Under the pieces are notes generated by a model that ran no database searches, was not told the DNA's origin, and worked only from the letters and a program-made list of their open reading frames with translations. From assembly GCA_963806855.1 (NCBI GenBank), contig CAWDYW010000003.1:288001-352000 (forward strand): a stretch of 64,000 bases of DNA. The letters run 5' to 3'. Shown piece by piece: positions 28,394 to 38,548 of the stretch. The DNA comes from an uncultured Verrucomicrobiae bacterium (GTDB lineage Bacteria > Chlamydiota > Chlamydiia > Chlamydiales > Rhabdochlamydiaceae). The translations under genes and the position numbers were made by a program. Positions within the stretch are counted from its first letter, which is position 1; each line of letters opens with the position of its first letter.

Positions 28394-29252
28394 TTGCAAA
28401 TTTCCTAAGTAGTGCTATCTCCGTTGCCCATACTGGAGGCCCATTTGGAGTTTCCAGGTATTTGGGGATTTCCCTTAAAGCGGGATGGCTCATCACAAAT
28501 TTAAAGGCCTCGATGCCGATTTCCCCTTTTCCTAGATCGGCATGTCGATCGACTCGAGAGCTAAAGGGTTTGGCAGAGTCGTTGAGATGGAAGGCGTAGA
28601 GGTGCTTGAGCCCGATGACGGAGTCAAATTCTTCGACAGTTTTTTCAAAGGCCTCTTCGGTGCGGATGTCGTAACCTGCGCTAAAGATGTGGCAGGTGTC
28701 GATGCAGACGCCGATCGGCACTTTTCCTTGAACTGCTGAGATGATGTAGTGGAGATGTTCAAAGCGATGGCCGACCGAACTTCCTTGTCCAGCGGTCGTT
28801 TCGAGGAGAAGGCGAGTCGATCCTTGTGCGCATAATTTTTCGAAGCGGATCAGGCTGGTAATGATCTGATCGAGACACTCCTGCTCTGTGCCAGTAGTAG
28901 CAGCTCCAGGATGGAAATTTAAAAATTCGATTTTAAGTTGATGACACCGTTTGATCTCTTGCTCAAAAGCGATGAGGCTTTTTGAGAGGATCTCTTCTTT
29001 ATTTGAACCGAGGTTGATCAGGTAACTGTCGTGACTCATGATTTTTTTGAGGCCGCACTCGGCGAGCGTCTCCTCCCAGAGAGTGACCATCTCCTCGGTG
29101 AGCTCCCTTCCTTCCCATTGTTTTTGGTTCGAGGTGAAGAGCTGGACAGTCGTTGCGCCGATCTCTTTTCCTTGTAAAAGGGCGTTGTGCGGCCCTCCTG
29201 CGGCAGAGGTGTGCGCTCCGATCAATAATTTTTCCGAGGGTGTCGACATCAT
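28341..29252 (-). CDS. nfo: Endonuclease IV
   Basis: [43 protein letters not shown]. Confidence 0.96.
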   Translation of the reverse strand: MMSTPSEKLLIGAHTSAAGGPHNALLQGKEIGATTVQLFTSNQKQWEGRELTEEMVTLWEETLAECGLKKIMSHDSYLINLGSNKEEILSKSLIAFEQEIKRCHQLKIEFLNFHPGAATTGTEQECLDQIITSLIRFEKLCAQGSTRLLLETTAGQGSSVGHRFEHLHYIISAVQGKVPIGVCIDTCHIFSAGYDIRTEEAFEKTVEEFDSVIGLKHLYAFHLNDSAKPFSSRVDRHADLGKGEIGIEAFKFVMSHPALREIPKYLETPNGPPVWATEIALLRKFANEDENQKYQQNLSRTNS

Positions 29253-29315
29253 TATGCTTCCAAAAAAATCGAAATTATAGAGAATAGATAAGATCTTTTC
29301 AACATACTTGAGGCC

Positions 29316-31178
29316 ATGAAACCCTATTCACTGCATAAATGTAAAAAAATTCTGTTGCACGTCTACCATCTCTGGCGCAAAAAAAGAACTAAACTTGTTC
29401 CTACACAGGCCAGTGAGATCCGTGAAGACTTAAAAGCGCTCCAAGAGGAGATTCAAAAGAAGAATCGGAGCCAAGCCAATTTTCACGCTCACAAGTGCCA
29501 AAACTACCTCGATGGGGCTTTAAAGAGGAGCTCCTTTCAACAGGTGCGCGATGTGGTCGTCGGTCTCGCCGTGGCCCTTGCGATTGCTTTTGTAATCAGG
29601 CAGTGCTGGTTTGAGCTCTATGAGATTCCGACAGGTTCGATGCGCCCGACATTTAAGGAACAGGACAGGCTGCTCGTCTCGAAAACCAATTTTGGAATCA
29701 ATATTCCCTTTACGATCAAGCACCTCTATTTTGATCCCGATTTGGCCGAGCGTTCTGATATCATCGTCTTTTCCACAGAGGATATGGATGTTCACGATTC
29801 CGATACTCTCTATTTTTGGCTCTTCCCTGGGAAAAAGCAGTTTGTCAAACGGCTGATGGGCAGACCAGGGGACACAGTCTATTTTTATGGTGGTAACCTC
29901 TATGGAATCGACAAGGATGGCAATGATATCTCTGCCAGACTGCAATCCCCTGAGTTGAAGAGGATCGACCATGTCCCGATGATCCATTTTGATGGTTCGA
30001 TGAGCTTGGCTGAGCCATTCCATTCTCCGATGGGCAGTGCCTACCGAATGGCGATCGTCCATCAAATGAACGAACCCGTAGCGCGCCTCACGGTCCTTGG
30101 AAATAACCGGCTTGAGGGGGAGATGCTCCCGATGCCCCGCATCCACAATGCCAATACGCCACCCGTGCAAAATTATTACGAACTGTGGGGAATCGGCAAC
30201 TATGCTAGCGCTCGGATTGTACGCAAGGAGCAGATCCGCTCGTTTGCTGAAAAGAACAATATTTCTCTGCAAGACGGGGAGCTGTTTTTAGAGCTGCACC
30301 ACCACCCTAACCTCAAGCAATTGGAGCTTGCTAAAGATCAGGGAGGGAGACTGAGGCCTCAATTCATCATGAGCGTGTCGATTATTCCCTTGAATGAGGC
30401 CCATCTGCAGGAGCTATTTAAAAACCTCTATACCGCCCGCTTTGTGGTCAAAAATGGATATGCGATGCGCTATGGACCTGGAGGTCCGCAGAATTTCGGC
30501 ACCCATTTTCTCCCTCGTCTGGAAGGGGTCCCTGACGGCACTTACGAGTACTATTACGGACAGGCCTACCAGATCAAATGGGGAGGCTATGCGCAGAAAC
30601 TTAAGCCCGACCACCCTCTCCAGATCTATTCTGCTGATCTAATTCGAAAATTTTTCAACTATGGGATCGAATTTGACAAACGGTACGCGATCGGATCCCA
30701 TTTCGAGACAGAACGTTTTGCCTATTTCCGCGATGGGGATCTTTATCTCATGGGAGCTCCAATCTTCAAGAAAGGGGATGCTGCTCTTGAAGCCTTTGTC
30801 ACAAAAGAGAAAGATCGAGGAGCCAGCGCGCTTGTCAAAGATTCCTACATCCCCTTTGTCGACAGCGGCCCTCCCGACATGGAGAAAATCAGACAAGCGG
30901 GTCTACTCATCCCGCCTCAGTCTTATCTGGCCCTTGGCGACAATTTTGCCATGAGCGCAGACAGCCGGGACTTCGGATTTGTGCCGCAAGGAAATCTACG
31001 GGGAAGCCCCTCATTCATCTTCTGGCCTCCCGGATCCCGTTTTGGCCGCCCTGTGCAGCCCTGGTTTCCTTGGTTTACCATTCCGAACGTGGTCATCTGG
31101 ACATTAGCCTTGATTTGCATTGGCCTATGGTTTATCTATCATAAGAGACATCATCATCTTCCTCTCAAGGATTTATGA
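29316..31178 (+). CDS. lepB: Signal peptidase I, long chlamydial type
   Basis: IPTGSMRPT, FVKRLMGRPGD, LGDNFAMSADSRDFG. Confidence 0.95.
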   Translation: MKPYSLHKCKKILLHVYHLWRKKRTKLVPTQASEIREDLKALQEEIQKKNRSQANFHAHKCQNYLDGALKRSSFQQVRDVVVGLAVALAIAFVIRQCWFELYEIPTGSMRPTFKEQDRLLVSKTNFGINIPFTIKHLYFDPDLAERSDIIVFSTEDMDVHDSDTLYFWLFPGKKQFVKRLMGRPGDTVYFYGGNLYGIDKDGNDISARLQSPELKRIDHVPMIHFDGSMSLAEPFHSPMGSAYRMAIVHQMNEPVARLTVLGNNRLEGEMLPMPRIHNANTPPVQNYYELWGIGNYASARIVRKEQIRSFAEKNNISLQDGELFLELHHHPNLKQLELAKDQGGRLRPQFIMSVSIIPLNEAHLQELFKNLYTARFVVKNGYAMRYGPGGPQNFGTHFLPRLEGVPDGTYEYYYGQAYQIKWGGYAQKLKPDHPLQIYSADLIRKFFNYGIEFDKRYAIGSHFETERFAYFRDGDLYLMGAPIFKKGDAALEAFVTKEKDRGASALVKDSYIPFVDSGPPDMEKIRQAGLLIPPQSYLALGDNFAMSADSRDFGFVPQGNLRGSPSFIFWPPGSRFGRPVQPWFPWFTIPNVVIWTLALICIGLWFIYHKRHHHLPLKDL

Positions 31179-32746
31179 GTACTGATACTCCTCAAACGAT
31201 CTCGCGCTCGGCTCTGAGATTTTTTTCGGGTACGATGCTGAGCCGAGTGAGTGGACTTTTACGCGACATGGCGATGGCCTTTTGCTTTGGCACTTCGCCC
31301 GCTCTCGCCGCATTTTTGCTTGCCTACCGCTTCGTCTATCTCATCCGCCGCCTCTTTGGTGAGGGGCTGCTCCATCAAGGTTTTATTCCCCATTTTGAGG
31401 CCAAAAGACGGGAAGATCCCCGCAAAGGCGCTCTCTTCTTCCGAGATCTCTTTTTTAGCTTAAGTCTACTCCTAGGCGGTCTGATCGTGGTCGCCGAAAT
31501 CGCCCTCTCCTTTTCGGGCAGCGAAATTGCCAAACTCGCCATGTGGATGCTCCCCGGAATCTTCTTCATTTGTCTCTTTGGCCTCTCGACCGGTCTTCTG
31601 CAATCGGAGCGGAGCTTTTTCCTCCCATCTGTTTCCCCTGTGGCGAGCAACGTCGTCTGGATCCTCGGCGTCCTCGCCTTACGAGCCCTCCCCATTTCTG
31701 AAGCAGTGATCGGCCTTTCCATCGTTCTGTCTTTCGGCTTCTTCGCGCAATGGGCGATGACTCTCCCTAAAATTTGGGCCTATTTGCGCCGCTCACTCTC
31801 CATCAAAGAGCTCTTTTCCATTTCCCCATTTTCCTCTGAGCTCAAAGCGCTGGCCCGCCCCCTCATGCTCGGCATGATCGGCGTCGCCTCCGTCCAGGTC
31901 AACAGCGCTATCGACGGGATTTTTGCCCGCTACGCAGACCTCGAAGGCCCCGCCTATCTCTGGTATGCCATCCGGATCCAACAACTCCCTCTCGCCCTCT
32001 TTGGCCTCGCCATCTCCGCCGCCCTCCTTCCCTCCCTCTCCCGCGCCATCGAAGAAAATGCACAGGACCGGTTCGAATCGCTCCTCCAATTTGCCAAACG
32101 GCGCATCTTCTTGCTCATTTTCCCCTGCACGATTGCCATTTTTGTCCTAGGAACCGCCAGCGTCAACCTCCTCTTTGGCCGAGGCGATTTTGGCACCACC
32201 TCTGTCTACAAGACCACCCTCTGCCTCTGGTGCTATGGGATCGGCTTGCTCCCTTCGGCTTTCGTCCAAATTGTGGCGCAAGGGTTCTATGCAAAAAAAG
32301 ATTATTGGACCCCAACTAAAGGCTTCATCAGCGCCACCCTAATCAACATCGGACTGAATGCCTTTTTGGTCTTCGTCTGCGACCTGGGAGCTGCGAGCAT
32401 CGCCCTGGCGACCAGCCTCTCGACTATCGTCAATTCAGTCTATCTATCGCGCAAACTGGGGCTCAAAACCGATTTCCGCCCGATGGCCAAGGTAAGTGCC
32501 TGCACTCTTGCTGCCGGTGCGGTAGTACTGTGTGTGGGATATGCCTTGGGCGATGCGACCCTGCAATTTTGGAGCGGGGAGGCCAGCTTCCCGAATACAC
32601 TCGTCAAGCAATTCGTCCACTTCGGAGCGCAAACAGGTCTCTATTTCCTAATCTTTTTTGGGCTATGCCGTATGGCAAAAGTGGATGAGTTGATGGAGAT
32701 CTTACAGAAAATTAAAAGCCGCTTATGGCTTCAAGGCTCAAAGTAG
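31175..32746 (+). CDS. murJ: Lipid II flippase MurJ/MviN
   Basis: SRVSGLLRD, RRLFGEG, QLPLALFG, FYAKKD..TP. Confidence 0.95.
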   Translation: MSTDTPQTISRSALRFFSGTMLSRVSGLLRDMAMAFCFGTSPALAAFLLAYRFVYLIRRLFGEGLLHQGFIPHFEAKRREDPRKGALFFRDLFFSLSLLLGGLIVVAEIALSFSGSEIAKLAMWMLPGIFFICLFGLSTGLLQSERSFFLPSVSPVASNVVWILGVLALRALPISEAVIGLSIVLSFGFFAQWAMTLPKIWAYLRRSLSIKELFSISPFSSELKALARPLMLGMIGVASVQVNSAIDGIFARYADLEGPAYLWYAIRIQQLPLALFGLAISAALLPSLSRAIEENAQDRFESLLQFAKRRIFLLIFPCTIAIFVLGTASVNLLFGRGDFGTTSVYKTTLCLWCYGIGLLPSAFVQIVAQGFYAKKDYWTPTKGFISATLINIGLNAFLVFVCDLGAASIALATSLSTIVNSVYLSRKLGLKTDFRPMAKVSACTLAAGAVVLCVGYALGDATLQFWSGEASFPNTLVKQFVHFGAQTGLYFLIFFGLCRMAKVDELMEILQKIKSRLWLQGSK

Positions 32747-34335
32747 GCCCAGCGGAAATCGATCTCATAGAGATCGGAGATCAGGACATCGTGTAGCTGA
32801 TTATTCTTGGCATATGCGATTGTCATGAAGTACACGGGAATAACAGGCATATCTCCCATCAAAACGGCTTCGGCTTGGATAAATAGTTCTTTCCGTTTAT
32901 TCAGATCGATCTCTTGTTCTGCTAAATTAAGTAAGTGCTGGTACTGGGGATTTTCCCAATGTGAATAGTTGATGCTGTCTGATTTAAATCTAAATGCCTG
33001 CATGGTGTAAACCGGATCTCTTAGCCAGGTTTGCCAGACGCACCCACCGATTTGAAAATTCCGAATCCGCAATCTTTCTAAATGGACTTTCCATTCCTGG
33101 TGTTCGAGGGCAATATCGACTCCAAAAAGTTGATTCCATTGCTGTTGCAGAGCTTCAGCAACCCTTTGATTTATATGGGTAGCCGCATAATTAATAGTGA
33201 TTTCTGGAAGCTGTTCTTTTGTCAGACCCATCTCTTCCAGAGCTTCATGGAAGAGCAGAAGCGCCATTTTTTGGTCGTTATCTTCAAAATAGGGCTTTTT
33301 CTGACCAGAAAGAGTGCAAGGGAGAATGGCAAGTGCCGGAGATTCGTTGCATTGTAACACGTGTTTGGTGATGACACCCCTATTAATTGCATAGGCAAAA
33401 GCGAGGCGCATTTTTTTATTTTGAAAGGGGAAGGATTCAACATTAAAATAATAACAATAAAGTCCAAGCGAACTAAGGAATGTAACTTTATTCTCTCTTT
33501 TTAGTGTTTCAATTGCATCAAGAGGGATTTTGGAAATGGGCTGCCCGAGCCAGTCGAGCTCTCCCTTTTCAAACATGCTGAGCTGTGTAGAGGGATCTTT
33601 AATAATCGCAATAGAAATGCCTGGCAATTTGACATGTTCCGCGTTCCAATAGTTAGGGTTTTTCCGGACGATAATCTCGTTATCAATCCGATGTTTTTCT
33701 AATATAAAAGGACCATTGCATACAAATTTTTCCCCTTCGTGATTGACCCATTTACTACTTTCCTGATCGACCTTGCGATTGACAGGAAAGAAGGAGGGGA
33801 TAGCGGTAATTTCCAAAAAATAGGGGGTGGGATTTTCTAATTCTACTTTAAGGGTATAAGCATCCAGGGCATGAATGCCGACTTCTTCAATGGGGAGCTC
33901 TCCTTGTGAGGCTTGCTTAGCATTTTTGATTGAATAAAAATTGTGTACTCCAAGGGAGGACGTTTTTGGATCGATGATTTTCTTCCAACTATATGCAAAA
34001 TCGTAGGCTGTTAACGGATCGCCGTTTGACCAAATGGTGGGGCGTAAGTGGAAGGTAAATGTTTTCAGATCCTCGGAGATGTCGTAACTTTCTGCTATTG
34101 CGGGTTGAATCTGTCCATCGAGACCTATGACTACTAAGCCTTCAAAGAGCATTCGCAAAGGGAAAGTGGATGGACCGTCGATGCCGACACGGGGATCAAG
34201 CGAGCAAATATCGGACTGAAGGCTAATTCGCAAATAACGATTTTTTGCCGGATCTTTTAACGGATTAGGAGATTTTTGACATCCTAATGCGCTAAGGAGC
34301 ATTAAAGTTATTATTAGGGAGTGCAAAATTTTCAT
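32731..34335 (-). CDS. OppA-family (SBP family 5) lipoprotein
   Basis: Lipobox SALGC; SLDPR, WSNGDPLTAYDF.YSW, NGPF, KNPNYW, DMPVIPVY. Confidence 0.92.
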   Translation of the reverse strand: MKILHSLIITLMLLSALGCQKSPNPLKDPAKNRYLRISLQSDICSLDPRVGIDGPSTFPLRMLFEGLVVIGLDGQIQPAIAESYDISEDLKTFTFHLRPTIWSNGDPLTAYDFAYSWKKIIDPKTSSLGVHNFYSIKNAKQASQGELPIEEVGIHALDAYTLKVELENPTPYFLEITAIPSFFPVNRKVDQESSKWVNHEGEKFVCNGPFILEKHRIDNEIIVRKNPNYWNAEHVKLPGISIAIIKDPSTQLSMFEKGELDWLGQPISKIPLDAIETLKRENKVTFLSSLGLYCYYFNVESFPFQNKKMRLAFAYAINRGVITKHVLQCNESPALAILPCTLSGQKKPYFEDNDQKMALLLFHEALEEMGLTKEQLPEITINYAATHINQRVAEALQQQWNQLFGVDIALEHQEWKVHLERLRIRNFQIGGCVWQTWLRDPVYTMQAFRFKSDSINYSHWENPQYQHLLNLAEQEIDLNKRKELFIQAEAVLMGDMPVIPVYFMTIAYAKNNQLHDVLISDLYEIDFRWAYFEP

Positions 34336-34406
34336 ATTACATAAGTAGTATCGAACCAAACTGCATTTTTTTCTAGAAAAAATTTCGCCACTAGCATAGA
34401 TTCCAC

Positions 34407-34576
34407 TATACTGCGCCCGCTTAGGTTTTGCGAATTTTGGGGGTCTCAGAGCGCGCCCAGATACAAAGGATCGCGACGAAGGAGATATTCTTGTAATATC
34501 TTCGAGGAGCGATACTCTGTAGGTGGGCCGCTATGATGGCTTCAAAAATTCGCAAAACCTAAGCAGGCGCAGTATA
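34407..34576. repeat. 170-bp palindromic element B
   Basis: TATACTGCGCC(C/T)GCTTAGGTTTTGCGAATTTT 32-bp arms with 1 mismatch; central GATATT-cttgt-AATATC hairpin. Confidence 0.85.
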
Positions 34577-34585
34577 AATAGATCT

Positions 34586-37500
34586 ATGAAATCAATGCAG
34601 ATTATAAAGCATCTCCCAGAGATCAGGCCCTATTTTCCTCAGTCGATTCAAGAAGGGGAATTGTCCCAGCATCTCGAACATGGTAGAGCCATCCTTATGC
34701 GCCTGCTCCCAGAGCAGTATTCGTTAGAAGAAATGCAAAAATGGATTTCATCTAGCCTCCCAGTAATCAACTGGAGCAAGCCGACTACCGCCCCTGAAAG
34801 TCTCTCAATCTTTTTCTTACTATCTCCCAATCAAGAAATTAGAGCTGAAAAGGTGCTTCTTGAAATTATCCGGAAATGGCTAATCCCTGAAAAAGAGGTC
34901 CCCATCTTGGGATTTTACAACTCTTATTTCTATATGCCAACGATCAGTTCGCAACTTTTCTTTGTGGCAGAGGTGAAGATCTTTGTCGAAGATGGCCGGG
35001 AATTGAGCTTGATACAGGAAAATTTGCCACTTCTAGCCAATGAATTATCACTCTGCCTCTCTACCTCAAAATATTTTGAGAAGTATTTGGATACGAAAGG
35101 GTTATCCTTAGATCAAAAATCAGGTCAGATTCAACAATTCCTAAGGCAGCTCATCCGTCGAGCGCCTAAGCAATTTGACATAGAGCTTTTCCGAGAGATG
35201 AGCGCATTTTTTGCCCTGGCCCACCCAGATTTTCGCAAGTTTAGGGTCCCTAAGCACCTGACTCGAATTGTAGTTTCCCACTACTTGATGCGAAAAAATC
35301 TTCTTCATAGCCTTTCGATTTCCCCAGAAAAAAGACATCTGGAATTCCATTTTGTCCGCGCTAAGCTCCATTTCCCATTCGGCGTGAAAACAGTCTTAGG
35401 ACTATCGATTGCTGTAGGCTTGACTGATCAACATGAGACATTTGAAGACACTCATATCATCTCTGCCGTTCAAAAATTCATCCCTGAGGCCCAGGTCGTT
35501 CAAGGCTCCTATTATTTTCACAGAGCTAATCACGATGCGACTAAGTACATTTATCTCGAACTAGAGAAGAAAAACGGGGCCAAGTTTCAGCAGAACGAAA
35601 TTTCTCTTCTCAAAATGAACTTAAAAGAGGCGCTGAAGAAACGGATTGAAAAATTGATCCCCTCGGTCTTTATGATCCGCAATGAAGAAGAGGTGATGCG
35701 CAATATTTTACTCCTCTCGCAGCAACTCAAATACCTTGCCGACCTTCCTCAAGTGATGGTCAATTTCGATCGACAAGGGACAAATGAGCTCTTCTTTACT
35801 GTTTTGCTTGTCAGGATCTTAAAAAATCAGGATACCAGTTTAAAAGAGGCTTTTGAAAAACTCCCCCACGCTTTTAAATTCATCCCAGACCGTGTTCAGA
35901 GGGTCGGGTATGTCCGGAAGAAAAATCCCAAAGAAGCGAATGTATTCCATCTGTGTATTCCTAAAGACAGATCGATTTTGAGGCTCGATTCTTCTGTTAA
36001 CTTCTACTCGGCCAGACAAAAAGTCATTTCGATCATTACCGAGGCTCTTGGAGAGGTTCGCGATTACAATGGAGGAATGATCCTCAAGCAAGGGGAATTA
36101 TTTTCTCAGCTGAAACACGTCTTCGAACCCACCGCTGATAGCCAACAAGAACTCCTAGAAAACTTCTTCTTCTCTCTCAACCCCATTGAGGCACAGGCCA
36201 CCTCTTCGCTGAGCTCTCTAGAAACCCTTTTTAAGCTATGTCTTGAGTCGATCAAGGATGAGCTGCCAAAGAGAGATAGTATTTTTGTCAAATTTCTGAA
36301 GCACAAAAATTTGACGTTTGCCGTTGTGCGAACTAAAGATCGTTCGATCGAAAATATTCTCAACCAAGAGCTCAATCAGCTTGATAACTTCTCCAAATCT
36401 CTTATTCAGACCAAAATCAATTTCCAGGGGACCCTCTTACAAGCAGTTATTTATGAGACTACCGATCGTCGCGATCAAAAGCAGTTTAAAAATTGCATCG
36501 ATAGCGCTATAGAGAAGTGGACCTCAAAACTGAGCAATTTGCAAGAGCTGCGCCTCAGTTTTGTTGTCCTTCCATCGGCTCTGGATCCGAGATTGGGGGG
36601 AGATGATATCTCTAGTACGGTCATGAAGATGCTCTTTGAGGGGCTAACCCGAATGTCTCATGGGAACCAACCATCTCTTGCCCTTGCTAAGTCTATCGAT
36701 ATCTCAGCTGATCAAAAACGGTATACCTTTAAACTGCGCAACTCCTTTTGGTCAGACCAAACTCCTCTGGTTGCCCATGACTTTGAATATGCATGGAAAA
36801 AGATTCTCTCTCCTTCATTCTACACCCCATTTGCCCACTTCTTCTATCCGATTAAAAATGCGAAAGCAGCTAAAGAGGGCAAAATCGACCTAGACCAGGT
36901 CGGGGTCAAGGCGATTGATAAGATGACACTAGTTGTCGATTTAGAGACCCCAACGCCAGAATTTTTGGAATTAACCGCGCACGCTTTGTATTCGCCTATC
37001 AACCAACAATTAGAAAGTTTGCACCCCAATTGGGCTGCCCAGAGTGGAGAGGAGATCTATGTTTGTAATGGCCCCTTTAGATTAAAAGGCCCTCTAGTTA
37101 ATGGGGGCTATGAGTTCGTGAAGAATCAAACATACTGGGATCAACGGTCAGTCAAATTGGATCGTGTCCTGATCTCTAAAAATAGTTCTGAAACCGCTTA
37201 TGAGATGTTTAAGAACGATGAATTGGAGTGGATGGGCCGTCCGATGCATCCCTGGGAGTCGCACTTTAAAAAAGGGAAAGAAGATGTCTCATTTGATGAG
37301 CTCTTAGGTTTAAATTGGTGCGCGTTCAATACCCAGCGATTCCCATTTGATAACTTGAAAATGCGACTCGCATTCAAGTATGCTCTGGATCGCAAGAAAA
37401 TTATCGAGCAATTTGCGGATGGTTCTATTCCAATTATCTCTCCTCTTCCCTATCACCATTCCCAAATTAGAGAAGAGTCTCTCCTTTTACCCGATAGAAA

Positions 37501-38035
37501 ATTGGCTGCTCTACTTTTTGAGCAAGCGTTAAAAGAGCTTGGTCTGACGAGGAAGACATTCCCCCTTTTGACGGTGATTTCAGGGAGTAAAAATACTGCT
37601 GCAATCAACAAATTGCTCATCAGACAATGGGAAGATGTCCTTGGAATTCCTTTCCGGGTCGAGGAATATGACTTTAACCTTTTGTTCTCAAAACTGGTTA
37701 CAGGAGAGTATCAAATCGGGATGGTCGTTTGGAGAGCTTCGATTAACGACCCTACATATACTTTGAACGTATTTGAATTCCGCACGAACAAGATTAACTT
37801 TGCAAAATGGGAGCACCCCCGTTTTCAGGAACTTCTTGCAATGGCTAAGAAAGAGGTTGTTCAAGAAAGACGTCTCCAGCTATTCAAACAGGCAGAAATG
37901 GTGCTGGTAGAGGAGTGTCCGGTCATTCCTATCAACACCGTGACCTATACCTCTATGTATAAAAAAAGGCTCAAGAATGCCTTCTCGTCAGTCACAGGGA
38001 ATATCGATTTCAAAAACGCCTCTATAGCCCCCTAG
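34586..38035 (+). CDS. ~1150-aa fusion: N-terminal repeated alpha/beta (ACT-like) region plus C-terminal OppA-family domain; no signal peptide
   Basis: C-half has ALDPR, WSDQTPLVAHDFEYAW, NGPF, KNQTYW, ECPVIPI; N-half lacks hydrophobic segments; the ORF-track GTG start lies inside element B. Confidence 0.85.
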   Translation: MKSMQIIKHLPEIRPYFPQSIQEGELSQHLEHGRAILMRLLPEQYSLEEMQKWISSSLPVINWSKPTTAPESLSIFFLLSPNQEIRAEKVLLEIIRKWLIPEKEVPILGFYNSYFYMPTISSQLFFVAEVKIFVEDGRELSLIQENLPLLANELSLCLSTSKYFEKYLDTKGLSLDQKSGQIQQFLRQLIRRAPKQFDIELFREMSAFFALAHPDFRKFRVPKHLTRIVVSHYLMRKNLLHSLSISPEKRHLEFHFVRAKLHFPFGVKTVLGLSIAVGLTDQHETFEDTHIISAVQKFIPEAQVVQGSYYFHRANHDATKYIYLELEKKNGAKFQQNEISLLKMNLKEALKKRIEKLIPSVFMIRNEEEVMRNILLLSQQLKYLADLPQVMVNFDRQGTNELFFTVLLVRILKNQDTSLKEAFEKLPHAFKFIPDRVQRVGYVRKKNPKEANVFHLCIPKDRSILRLDSSVNFYSARQKVISIITEALGEVRDYNGGMILKQGELFSQLKHVFEPTADSQQELLENFFFSLNPIEAQATSSLSSLETLFKLCLESIKDELPKRDSIFVKFLKHKNLTFAVVRTKDRSIENILNQELNQLDNFSKSLIQTKINFQGTLLQAVIYETTDRRDQKQFKNCIDSAIEKWTSKLSNLQELRLSFVVLPSALDPRLGGDDISSTVMKMLFEGLTRMSHGNQPSLALAKSIDISADQKRYTFKLRNSFWSDQTPLVAHDFEYAWKKILSPSFYTPFAHFFYPIKNAKAAKEGKIDLDQVGVKAIDKMTLVVDLETPTPEFLELTAHALYSPINQQLESLHPNWAAQSGEEIYVCNGPFRLKGPLVNGGYEFVKNQTYWDQRSVKLDRVLISKNSSETAYEMFKNDELEWMGRPMHPWESHFKKGKEDVSFDELLGLNWCAFNTQRFPFDNLKMRLAFKYALDRKKIIEQFADGSIPIISPLPYHHSQIREESLLLPDRKLAALLFEQALKELGLTRKTFPLLTVISGSKNTAAINKLLIRQWEDVLGIPFRVEEYDFNLLFSKLVTGEYQIGMVVWRASINDPTYTLNVFEFRTNKINFAKWEHPRFQELLAMAKKEVVQERRLQLFKQAEMVLVEECPVIPINTVTYTSMYKKRLKNAFSSVTGNIDFKNASIAP

Positions 38036-38063
38036 GGATCTATTTTTTTCTTTCAATAAATAT

Positions 38064-38495
38064 TTGGTTCGTGTAAACTTATTCCGTTTTCGGAAAAGCT
38101 CCATGAAAATGGAGCAAGAAGTAAAGGAGTATCAGATGACTACAATCTTAATGGCACAACCAATTGAGAGGGTTGTTCAACAATGTTTCAGTTTTGATCC
38201 CATTGCCGAGCTAAAAAGGTATGCTTGGCATCCAGAAATGAATGTTATTACGGCCGAGAAAGCTCTTTTCAAGAAGCCGGCTTACACTTACATCACTCGC
38301 TTTCGTGAAACTGAGAGGGGATTTGAGATTTCCTTCGTCAATTTAAATGGCGACATCGAGCACCACTATTTCACTTTAGTGGATGCAAAGCATGGAATTT
38401 GGCGCAACTCGGCTCCAGAGCATATCGGCTCACTTGGAAAAGTGATCTGTGACATGATGGAATGCTCAATACTCGATTGTAAACCACTTAACTAG
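38064..38495 (+). CDS. SH2-domain-like protein (start probably 38103, 38109 or 38136)
   Basis: AWHPEMNVITAEKALFKKPAYTYITRF..GFEISFVNLNGDIEHHYF matches SH2 W-H..AE..L....F.VR..Y.LS.....H pattern. Confidence 0.6.
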   Translation: MVRVNLFRFRKSSMKMEQEVKEYQMTTILMAQPIERVVQQCFSFDPIAELKRYAWHPEMNVITAEKALFKKPAYTYITRFRETERGFEISFVNLNGDIEHHYFTLVDAKHGIWRNSAPEHIGSLGKVICDMMECSILDCKPLN

Positions 38496-38548
38496 ACGAA
38501 AGTGGTTTTCTTTTTTTTGAGAGGTCATCACCGATTGATGGCCTCTTA

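Noticed and set aside
34523..34585. N-terminal extension of the 1170-aa ORF from a GTG start (likewise the TTG start at 20651)
   Set aside because: These starts lie inside palindromic elements; the downstream ATGs (34586/34595 and 20699) are more plausible
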